Origin: Dehalococcoidia bacterium
Lineage (GTDB): Bacteria > Chloroflexota > Dehalococcoidia > Plut-88900
Reading direction: 5' to 3'
Length of the DNA: 64,000 bases
Assembly: GCA_965249275.1 (NCBI GenBank)
Contig: CBDFLQ010000007.1
Location: forward strand, 736,001 to 800,000
Shown here: piece by piece, positions 56,814-64,000 of the stretch
Layout of the letters: each line of letters opens with the position of its first letter
Numbering within the stretch: the first letter of the stretch is position 1
Position numbers and translations under genes: made by a program
The notes under the pieces: model-generated
What the model saw: the letters and a program-made list of their open reading frames with translations, nothing else
Database searches by the model: none
Told to the model about the DNA's origin: nothing

Positions 56814-57527
56814 ATGTCCAGCTTTCAAAGACTTGTCCTCTTCGACGTAGATCTAACCCTGATCACCTCCACCGCGTGCAACCTACTCGCACTGAATAGC
56901 GCCTTTGAGCAAGTCCACGGAATACCCGATGCCTTTAATGACGTGCTGTTTGGCGGCGGACTGGACTTGCGGCTTATAACTGAGATGTATAGGAAATGGG
57001 GGCTGACAAAGGGCAACCTAGATGAACTCCCAGACCTATCGGAATTCAAGGCTGTCTACTTCGATCACCTTGAAAGGGGATTAGAGACCTGGACGGACGG
57101 CTACATATGTCCGGGGGCGAGGGAGGTACTGGAGGCGCTGGCACGGGAGCCGGGGGTGCAGCTGGGTTTGGAGACGGGCAATTTCAGGGAGGCCGCCTTC
57201 ATCAAGCTGCGTAGATTTGGGCTGGACAATTTTTTCGAAGTGGGAGGATTCGGGGGAGACTGGATGACCCGTACGGAAGTGGTGGCCGACGCTATAGCCA
57301 AGTGCCAGGCTATCTCGGGTAGGGTCTACGACCCAGGAGAAATATTTCTTATCGGCGACTCACCTTCGGACGTGGAGGCGGGGAAGGCAAACGAGATCAA
57401 CACAGTGGCGGTGGCGACGGGTCGTTGTGACACGGAGACACTACGGGCGCTGGGGCCGACGTTCGTCTTCGAAGACCTGTCGGATACGAAGAAGGTGTTG
57501 GACGCGCTCCTGGGAAGGGCGGGCTAG
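56814..57527 (+). CDS. HAD-family hydrolase (tandem paralog)
   Basis: Same motifs; 3' end nearly identical at DNA level to the preceding gene. Confidence 0.9.
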   Translation: MSSFQRLVLFDVDLTLITSTACNLLALNSAFEQVHGIPDAFNDVLFGGGLDLRLITEMYRKWGLTKGNLDELPDLSEFKAVYFDHLERGLETWTDGYICPGAREVLEALAREPGVQLGLETGNFREAAFIKLRRFGLDNFFEVGGFGGDWMTRTEVVADAIAKCQAISGRVYDPGEIFLIGDSPSDVEAGKANEINTVAVATGRCDTETLRALGPTFVFEDLSDTKKVLDALLGRAG

Positions 57528-58990
57528 CCCGAGCTAAGCGATCTCTGGAACATGTGGTACTGCACGAACTTGGCCAGGGACCGGCAGGCCCTGCGCAGCG
57601 ATGTGTAGGCAAGGAGGCCCGCTTCGGAGAACTCCTGCTGGAGCTTCTGATAGTCCATCTTGATGCGGGGGTCCCGGATGCGGACCGGCAGCAGGATGAC
57701 GACAGGCTTGCCGTTGGAATGGTCCCTGGCGATCTCTGCAAAGTCCGCGGCAACGGCCTTTTCGGGCTCGGACGTAACGTCGGTGTATTCGTTGAGGCTA
57801 GGGATCATTAGCAGCATGTCGATGGACGGGTCTGCAGTGACGAGGCGCGCGGCCTGTTGCTGCTTGTCCCGGACATTGGCCATGAAGGAGAGGTCGACCG
57901 GGTTTCGGACGCTGTTTCCAGCGTCGGGGATGAACTCCCGGAGACGGGCGCTGGTCTCGGAGGACAGCTCAGCCATGTCCAGGCCTTCTTCAGAGCAGAT
58001 GTCCGAGGCAGCGACACTGTTGCCCCCACCGCTGCCGATCATGGCGAGTCGGTTGCTTCGAGGAGCTGGTAGCAGGTTGAAGGCCTGCATGACGTCTACG
58101 ACTTCTTCGACTGAACCGGCGCGGACGGCGCCCGTTTGTCGGAAGAAGGCATCCCATATCGCGCCCTGGCCGGCTAGGGAGCCGGTGTGGGAGGCAGCAG
58201 CTCGTGAGCCTGATTCGCTGAGGCCGCCCTTCCAGATGATTACGGGTTTACGTGGGTTTATCTCCTGCACCAGCTTCAAGAGCTTCGGGCCGTTCTTGAC
58301 ACCCTCAATGTACATGCCGATGGTATTGGTGCTCTCGTCCTGGCCCAGGAACTCAAGGTAGTCCGCGCTTTCGAGGACCAGTGCATTGCCAAAGCTGATT
58401 ACCTTGCTGACTCCTATCCCAACATCCGCGGCTCGGAATATGAAGTCCATGGCATGCCCGCCGCTCTGGGCGACAAAGGCGGCGCTACCGGACCTGTTGG
58501 TAATGTCGCCGATGGTGGAGAACTGGGCCGCCGGAGAGTGTACGCCGAGGCAGTTGGGCCCAACGACGCGGATGTGATTTCGGGTGGCTACCTCCCTGAC
58601 GACCTTTTCCATCTCGACGCCTTCGGCCGTGGAGGTCTCCGAGAAGCCGGAGGTGAAGACGTGGACATTGAGCGCGCCAACAGAGGCGCAGTCTTCCAGC
58701 ACCGTTGCCAGGAACCGGGCAGGTACGGAGACGGTCACCATTTCGGGGACCTCAGGGAGGGCGGAAACAGAGGGGTAAGACTTGAGGCCGAGAATTTCGT
58801 CGGCTTTGGGATTGACGGGATAAATCTTGCCGGGATAGCCGAGCTTGAGGAGATAGGGGATGAACTGGCCCGAGGGGTTACTCCAGCCGGGACCTTTCGC
58901 CGAGGTGATTCGGGAGGCGCCCACTAAAGCTACGGATTTGGGATTGAACGCCTTGGCGAAGTCGGGGCCGAGGGGGGTTATGGATTGAAT
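57524..58990 (-). CDS. CoA-binding protein (ADP-forming acyl-CoA synthetase alpha-like); probable ATT start
   Basis: In-frame FNPKSVALVGAS upstream of GTG 58924; YPVNP, GPNCLG, QSGG and AA.SHTGSLAG motifs. Confidence 0.9.
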   Translation of the reverse strand: MQSITPLGPDFAKAFNPKSVALVGASRITSAKGPGWSNPSGQFIPYLLKLGYPGKIYPVNPKADEILGLKSYPSVSALPEVPEMVTVSVPARFLATVLEDCASVGALNVHVFTSGFSETSTAEGVEMEKVVREVATRNHIRVVGPNCLGVHSPAAQFSTIGDITNRSGSAAFVAQSGGHAMDFIFRAADVGIGVSKVISFGNALVLESADYLEFLGQDESTNTIGMYIEGVKNGPKLLKLVQEINPRKPVIIWKGGLSESGSRAAASHTGSLAGQGAIWDAFFRQTGAVRAGSVEEVVDVMQAFNLLPAPRSNRLAMIGSGGGNSVAASDICSEEGLDMAELSSETSARLREFIPDAGNSVRNPVDLSFMANVRDKQQQAARLVTADPSIDMLLMIPSLNEYTDVTSEPEKAVAADFAEIARDHSNGKPVVILLPVRIRDPRIKMDYQKLQQEFSEAGLLAYTSLRRACRSLAKFVQYHMFQRSLSSG

Positions 58991-59104
58991 GAGTCTTTGT
59001 CCTTATAAAGGTTGCGGTATCGGCTGAGAGGCCCAGGGCTAAAGCTCCGGAACGCCGGTATTATAGCCGTCTGTGGGAGGAGCCTCAAGATGGGGCTGGG
59101 AGCA

Positions 59105-59734
59105 TCACCAATTCGCCGGTTTCGTGATGACGCCAACAGGGTCGGTTAGACTGTCAGGAAACTGGCTGATCCTCAGATGGCTCTTCCAGAGACGCTTGAC
59201 GTAGGTCGCTGCTTTGGCCAGGTCCATGGGGCTGGTGTTCCTGGCATCCGGGTTCACGAGGGTGACTCGAAGGTCCAGGTCGTCCCTGACGGACCTCATC
59301 GCACCGGCGAAATCAGCGTCATTGGAGACGACGACCGCCTGCTCATATTCCCCTTTGAAGCCATCGATCAAGAGTCGAGTCGCCAGATTTACGTCCGATC
59401 CCTTCTCTTCCGAGTCCTTAACCAAAACATGAGCGGGCAGGCCCGGTACGGGCTCGGCAAGAGGACGACGCTTTACTCCAGAGCGGAAGACGCCGTAGTA
59501 GAACTCAAAGTCCGGGAGGGTTGCCAGTGCTCTCAGGTACGCCTGCTGTCTTTGGGGTTGGGCAAGATTGCTGGGACGTGCATCTAATCGGGCGGTGAAG
59601 TAGCAAATCTTGTGGATGGTGTCCAGGGGAAAGAGGGTCTCGGCCATCTTCCGTAGGTCTAGCCATCTGAATGGGGTGTCTTTAAGGGCTCGGTAGTAGA
59701 GATTGAAGCCATCAATGTACAGATTGGTTATCAA
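59105..59734 (-). CDS. NYN (PIN-like) domain ribonuclease
   Basis: YIDGFNLYY, YFTA, EEKGSDVNLA and SND.DF motifs; start is TTG 59734 or 59755. Confidence 0.9.
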   Translation of the reverse strand: MITNLYIDGFNLYYRALKDTPFRWLDLRKMAETLFPLDTIHKICYFTARLDARPSNLAQPQRQQAYLRALATLPDFEFYYGVFRSGVKRRPLAEPVPGLPAHVLVKDSEEKGSDVNLATRLLIDGFKGEYEQAVVVSNDADFAGAMRSVRDDLDLRVTLVNPDARNTSPMDLAKAATYVKRLWKSHLRISQFPDSLTDPVGVITKPANW

Positions 59735-59756
59735 TCTCCGGTTCCTAATTCTCAAT

Positions 59757-59818
59757 CAAAGACAGAGACCGCCCTTTGAGGCGGTCTCGACCCTACCGCC
59801 GAGGCGATAGGGGTGGTA
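59757..59818 (-). ncRNA. Candidate two-hairpin sRNA upstream of the NYN gene (copy A)
   Basis: CCCUAUCGC-CUCG-GCGGUAGGG, then GAGACCGCC-UCAAAG-GGCGGUCUC-UGUCUUU. Confidence 0.65.
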
Positions 59819-59823
59819 AAGGC

Positions 59824-59852
59824 AGAATAACTACCAGACACGCATCTGTCAA
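59824..59852 (-). promoter_or_regulatory. sigma70-type promoter
   Basis: TTGACA(59852-59847)-17 nt-TATTCT(59829-59824). Copy B has GCGACA-17 nt-TATTCT. Confidence 0.75.
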
Positions 59853-60185
59853 TGCACTGTGCCAGTTCATCCGCGCACACAACGAAAAGGGTGTTTCGTC
59901 GGTATTCCCGCGACGATGGATACAAAGACAGAGACCGCCCTTTGAGGCGGTCTCGACTCTACCGTCGAATCGATAGGGGTGGTAAGGACAGAATAACTAG
60001 CAGACACGAATTTGTCGCTGCTTTTACCACTTCATCTGCGCACACAACGGAAAGGGAGTTTCGTTGGTATTCCACGTGACGATAGGCTGGGTTGGGGCAC
60101 TGGTAGCTTCCTGAACGCTAAGGTATACTCGCGGGCGCATGGCCCCGCCGCCACACTATCCTGAGCGAGGGCCAAGGAGACCTCT

Positions 60186-60737
60186 ATATTAGACGACAGT
60201 TACAGAAACCATCTTAGGCCGAGAGTGGCCATTTTCATCGACGGAAGCAATCTTTATCATGCCATGGAAGAGTCCTGCAGACGAACGGACCTGAACTTCC
60301 CGAGGTTCGTGCAGAAATTGCTGCGGGGACGCCATCTGCTGAGGACCTATTACTACAATGTCCTCCAGGACAGCAGACGCAAGCCGCAGGGATTCGGGCA
60401 GCAGCAGAAGTTCCTCTCGGTGCTCCACAACACACCTTACCTGGAAGTGAAACTGGGCCGCTCCGCGATCAGGAAAGGCGTGGCGGTGGAAAAGGGCGTG
60501 GATATAATGCTGGCCACAGACATGCTCCAGTTAGCATGGAAAGACCTGTATGACACCGCAGTCCTGGTGAGCGGGGACGCCGACTTCGCCTACGCGGTAA
60601 AGACAGTCAAGGACATGGGCAAGTTCGTGGAAGTGGCCTGCTTCGAAGTCAATCAATCGAAAGATCTGGTAGAAATATCAGATTCTATAATTGAGCTTTC
60701 ACCGGAATTCTTCGAAGGGGTCTGGGCTAACAACTAA
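60186..60737 (+). CDS. NYN/LabA-DUF88 domain protein; probable ATA start
   Basis: AIFIDGSN, YYY, EKGVDI.LA.D, VSGD.DF and GK.VE motifs; AAGGAGA lies upstream of ATA 60186. Confidence 0.88.
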   Translation: MLDDSYRNHLRPRVAIFIDGSNLYHAMEESCRRTDLNFPRFVQKLLRGRHLLRTYYYNVLQDSRRKPQGFGQQQKFLSVLHNTPYLEVKLGRSAIRKGVAVEKGVDIMLATDMLQLAWKDLYDTAVLVSGDADFAYAVKTVKDMGKFVEVACFEVNQSKDLVEISDSIIELSPEFFEGVWANN

Positions 60738-60829
60738 AGTCCTGAACCCGGTTTTCTTCATACTCATGCGGAGAACGACACTGTTGCAAACCCGGCCCCC
60801 GGGCCACCCCGACATTGGGAGAGTCCCCA

Positions 60830-61150
60830 ATGTATCTTGACGGGCTCGAAATAGCGGGCTTGGGCGCGGGAATGGTCTTCCTGGCCCTAGTCGTAATGTT
60901 CGGGGCGACGTTGGGCCTGCGTATGACCATCGACAAGCTGGGAGCGGTCCGAATCGGGAAATCGCGTGCCGCTGCGGCCCCAACTGTCACCCCAACTATA
61001 GAGTCACCGCCTGTCTCCCCCTCCGCCATGCCTGAAGAGGCCCCTTCGGCAGAGCGCGTCCCCCGAGACAAGGCAGCGCGGGCCGCGGCCATTGCGGTCG
61101 CTCTTTACCTAACCGAGGAGGAAGAGGCCGAAGGCCGGCGCGGCCGGTAG
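60830..61150 (+). CDS. OadG-family (gamma/delta) subunit of a Na+-translocating decarboxylase
   Basis: G.GMVF..L TM helix, Ala/Pro linker and AAAIAVAL motif; directly upstream of the beta subunit. Confidence 0.8.
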   Translation: MYLDGLEIAGLGAGMVFLALVVMFGATLGLRMTIDKLGAVRIGKSRAAAAPTVTPTIESPPVSPSAMPEEAPSAERVPRDKAARAAAIAVALYLTEEEEAEGRRGR

Positions 61151-61165
61151 AGCCACACGCCAAAG

Positions 61166-62305
61166 ATGCTTGTAGAGGAGCTTTTCGAAGGATTCCTAGG
61201 CCTCGAGTGGCGGGACGTCGTAATGATGCTCGTCGGGGGAGTCCTGATCTACCTCGCTATCAAGCACAAGTTCGAGCCCCTGCTTCTGCTGCCTATCGGC
61301 CTGGGGGCAATGGTGACGAATCTTCCCCTTGGCGGCGTGACGGGAGAGCACGGGGTGTTCGGGGTGCTGAAGAGCGCCGGTCTGGACAACGAGCTCTTCC
61401 CGCTGTTGATGTTCCTGGGGCTCGGGGCCCTGACGGACTTCACACCATTGCTGCAGCGTCCTTCTACGATGCTGCTTGGCGCGGCGGCCCAGGCCGGCAT
61501 CTTCGTTAGCCTGATGGCGGCCATAGCCCTGGACTTCTCGTTGAGGGAGGCCGGTTCTATCGCCATCATAGGATCGGCGGACGGGCCTACTACCATCTTC
61601 GTAGCCAGCCAACTCTGCCCGGACACCGAGACCTGTCAGAACGACGTGCTCGGCCCGGTAGTTGTGGCCGCCTACTCCTACATGGCAATGGTGCCCTTGA
61701 TCCAACCCCCGATAATGAAACTGCTGACTACCAAGGCAGAGCGCAGCATCCCCATGGAGTACACCGACAGAGAGGTGCCAAAACTCCTGCGAGTCATGTT
61801 CCCAATCATGGTGCTGTTAATCGGAGGGCTGCTGGCCCCCAAGGCAATACCGTTGCTTGGGATGTTCATGTTCGGGAACCTGATGAGGGAATCAAGGGTG
61901 GTGGACAGGCTGTCGAACACGGCCCAGAACTCGCTTATAAACATAGTGACTATCTTCCTGGGCCTCGTCATCGGCTCGACGATGACGGGAGAGAGTTTCC
62001 TAGACCTGGAGACGCTTAAGATACTGGGCCTCGGGCTGGGGGCTTTCATAATCGGTACGGCATCGGGGGTGATGTTCGGGAAAGCGATGAAGGTGCTGTC
62101 AGGTGGGAAGATCAATCCCTTGATAGGAGCCGCGGGTGTGTCGGCGGTGCCGATGGCTGCTCGGGTCGTTCAGCGGGTCGGGCAGAGCGAACGCTCGGAC
62201 AATTTCCTTCTCATGCATGCGATGGGCCCGAATGTAGCAGGGGTCATCGGCTCGGCGCTGGCCGGAGGGGTAATTCTCGCCCGGGTCCCGGCCCTCGCGG
62301 GCTAA
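61166..62305 (+). CDS. oadB: Na+-translocating decarboxylase beta subunit
   Basis: EPLLLLPIG, GA.TDF, IIG.ADGPT, AYSYMA.VP, GVSAVPMAARV and HAMGPNVAG.IG motifs. Confidence 0.93.
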   Translation: MLVEELFEGFLGLEWRDVVMMLVGGVLIYLAIKHKFEPLLLLPIGLGAMVTNLPLGGVTGEHGVFGVLKSAGLDNELFPLLMFLGLGALTDFTPLLQRPSTMLLGAAAQAGIFVSLMAAIALDFSLREAGSIAIIGSADGPTTIFVASQLCPDTETCQNDVLGPVVVAAYSYMAMVPLIQPPIMKLLTTKAERSIPMEYTDREVPKLLRVMFPIMVLLIGGLLAPKAIPLLGMFMFGNLMRESRVVDRLSNTAQNSLINIVTIFLGLVIGSTMTGESFLDLETLKILGLGLGAFIIGTASGVMFGKAMKVLSGGKINPLIGAAGVSAVPMAARVVQRVGQSERSDNFLLMHAMGPNVAGVIGSALAGGVILARVPALAG

Positions 62306-62342
62306 CCACTCACAATCCCGGCCCGGGCATCGGAGGTGAAAC

Positions 62343-63944
62343 ATGGCCTCGGAACATCTGATTCCAGATCTAATCGGCTATAACGGCAACGTCATAACCG
62401 TAGACCCCTACAAGCCTCGGGCCCAGGCCTTCGCCGTAAGGGAAGGCGCTTTCGTGGCGGTGGGAGACAATGATGAGATTAAGGATATGGCGGGGCCCCA
62501 CACCCGAAGGATGGACTTCGCGGGGAGCACGGTAGTACCCGGCTTCATCGACGCCCACATTCACGTCCTTAGCAGCGGGATTCGCCATGCCTTGATGGCC
62601 GACTGCGCCCTCCCTTCCATTGGCGAGATCCAGGAGGCCATACGCTTCAAGGCGGCGGACACGGCTGCCGGAGACTGGGTGCAGGGTTTCAAGTTCGACG
62701 ATACGAAAACGGTGGAGAACCGATTCCTCAATCGCCGAGACCTGGACGACGCCACCGGCCAGCACCCGATACTCGTGGCCCATCGGGCGGGGCACGTCTA
62801 CTACACAAACAGCATGGGGTTGAAAGCCCTCGGCATTGACAAGAACTCGCTGGACCCGCCGGGTGGACGCTACGGCCGAGACGAAGCAACTGGCGAGCTG
62901 GACGGCGTGTTGTACGAGACGGCAGCCGACCCTATCAGGTTCGAGTTGCTGTCGAAAGTCACGCCCGACGTGCGCCGAGAAGGCCTCAAGACTATTTGCA
63001 ATATGTTTGCCGCCGCCGGCCTGACCTCGGTGCACGATGCCCTGGTCACCAGCGATGACGTAGCCATCTACCAGGAAGCGTGGGAGCGGGGTGAGTTGCC
63101 ACTGAGGGTGTACATGCTGGTGCATTACAGGTATTTCGGAGGTTTCAAGGCGTCGGGGTTGAAGACGGGCTTCGGGGACGACCGGCTTCGTTTGGGCGGG
63201 ATCAAGATGGTCAGCGACGGAGCGATAGCCTCCCGCACAGCCTACCTGTCCCGACCCTACGAAGGAAGCGACAGCGATTGCGGAATCCGGGCGATTGCGC
63301 CGGATGAGCTGGAGGAGATGGTAAGAGAGGTCCACGACGCGGGCTACCAGGTCTGCGTACACGCGAACGGGGACGCTACCATAGACATGGTGCTGACCGC
63401 CTACGAGAAGGCGCAAAAGGCCAATCCTCGGCAGGACACTCGCCACAGGTTGGAGCATTGCACGCTGGTGAATCCGTCGTTGCTCAACAGGATGAAGGCG
63501 CTAGGAGCAGTGGCTACTCCCTTCTGCACTTATGTCTACTACCACGGCGAGAAGATGACATACTACGGGGAAGAGCGTGTGAAGTGGATGTTCGCACAGC
63601 GGTCGTTCCTGGACTATGGCGTCGTGGCGACGGGAGCTACGGACTACCCGCCAGGCCCCTACGAGCCGCTGCTCGGGATCCAGAGCTGTGTGACAAGGAC
63701 CGACATCAACGGCAACGTCTGGGGTGCGAACCAGCGCATATCAGTGGAAGAGGCGTTGAAGATATACACACTGCACAGCGCCTACGCCTCCTTCGAAGAG
63801 AACCTGAAGGGCTCCATCACCGCAGAGAAACTCGCCGACTTCACAGTCCTTGGCCGGGACCCGACCACCGTTGACCCACACACCATCAAGGACATCCCCA
63901 TCGAAATGACGGTGGTGGGTGGCGAACCGATCTACGAGGCGTAG
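62343..63944 (+). CDS. Amidohydrolase family 3 (YtcJ-like)
   Basis: PGF.D.H.H, K..SDG, HA.GD, R.EH, TD.P and G.I..K.ADF motifs. Confidence 0.92.
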   Translation: MASEHLIPDLIGYNGNVITVDPYKPRAQAFAVREGAFVAVGDNDEIKDMAGPHTRRMDFAGSTVVPGFIDAHIHVLSSGIRHALMADCALPSIGEIQEAIRFKAADTAAGDWVQGFKFDDTKTVENRFLNRRDLDDATGQHPILVAHRAGHVYYTNSMGLKALGIDKNSLDPPGGRYGRDEATGELDGVLYETAADPIRFELLSKVTPDVRREGLKTICNMFAAAGLTSVHDALVTSDDVAIYQEAWERGELPLRVYMLVHYRYFGGFKASGLKTGFGDDRLRLGGIKMVSDGAIASRTAYLSRPYEGSDSDCGIRAIAPDELEEMVREVHDAGYQVCVHANGDATIDMVLTAYEKAQKANPRQDTRHRLEHCTLVNPSLLNRMKALGAVATPFCTYVYYHGEKMTYYGEERVKWMFAQRSFLDYGVVATGATDYPPGPYEPLLGIQSCVTRTDINGNVWGANQRISVEEALKIYTLHSAYASFEENLKGSITAEKLADFTVLGRDPTTVDPHTIKDIPIEMTVVGGEPIYEA

Positions 63945-63953
63945 GTGGCTGTT

Positions 63954-64000
63954 ATGCCATCCCCAGCCCTGACGCCCGACAAACTGATCGTCAACGCCAA
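63954..64000 (+). CDS. 5' end of a further gene, probably another YtcJ-like amidohydrolase (truncated by the window edge)
   Basis: MPSPALTPDKLIVNA resembles the PDLIGYNG start of the preceding gene. Confidence 0.5.
   Translation, partial: MPSPALTPDKLIVNA

Larger units (their letters stand above)
59757..60083. repeat. Tandem duplication, 166-bp period (59757-59917 and 59923-60083)
   Basis: First 35 nt identical; the remainder aligns with scattered substitutions. Confidence 0.92.

Noticed and set aside
59757-60083. CRISPR array
   Set aside because: Only two units, the intervening sequences are homologous rather than unique spacers, and no cas genes are present.
59088-60100. Target-site duplication around the second NYN cassette (GATGGGGCTGGG versus GATAGGCTGGG)
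   Set aside because: Only a 7-nt exact core in G-rich sequence, compatible with chance.
60186-60737. Third NYN gene as another sRNA-linked cassette
   Set aside because: LabA/DUF88-type sequence with a normal SD and no clear hairpin-plus-terminator leader; probably the resident copy.

Overview
64-kb, GC-rich chromosomal window. Its gene content (cofG/cofH, three LLM oxidoreductases, two tandem pairs of family III CoA-transferases, a Rieske oxygenase, ComDE-like decarboxylase, amidohydrolases, RidA) resembles Chloroflexota/Dehalococcoidia (SAR202-like); the taxon is inferred. Mostly metabolic and housekeeping genes: moeA, pheA, hisH/hisA, a TPP-riboswitch thiG-thiO-thiS operon, dnaJ, mnmE, oadG/oadB. 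The most notable signal is three separate, more AT-rich cassettes with the same layout: near-consensus sigma70 promoter, then a 55-95 nt structured non-coding RNA ending in a terminator or U-tract, then a predicted RNase gene (one DUF3800, two NYN/PIN). This matches the architecture of type III (RNA-antitoxin) toxin-antitoxin/anti-phage systems but with different nucleases. One cassette is flanked by a perfect 23-bp duplication of a host gene 3' end, and another has its promoter-RNA unit duplicated in tandem (166-bp period). Other findings: a UxxC selenoprotein DsbA/FrnE truncated in the ORF track, a K-channel-fold protein with a non-canonical filter (THGNN), a ThiS with a C-terminal extension, two unannotated small Cys4 proteins, several probable ATT/ATA starts, a dispersed element with a LexA-like box, and a REP-like palindrome cluster. 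No tRNA, rRNA, CRISPR array or transposase was recognised. All calls come from reading the sequence; no searches were run.
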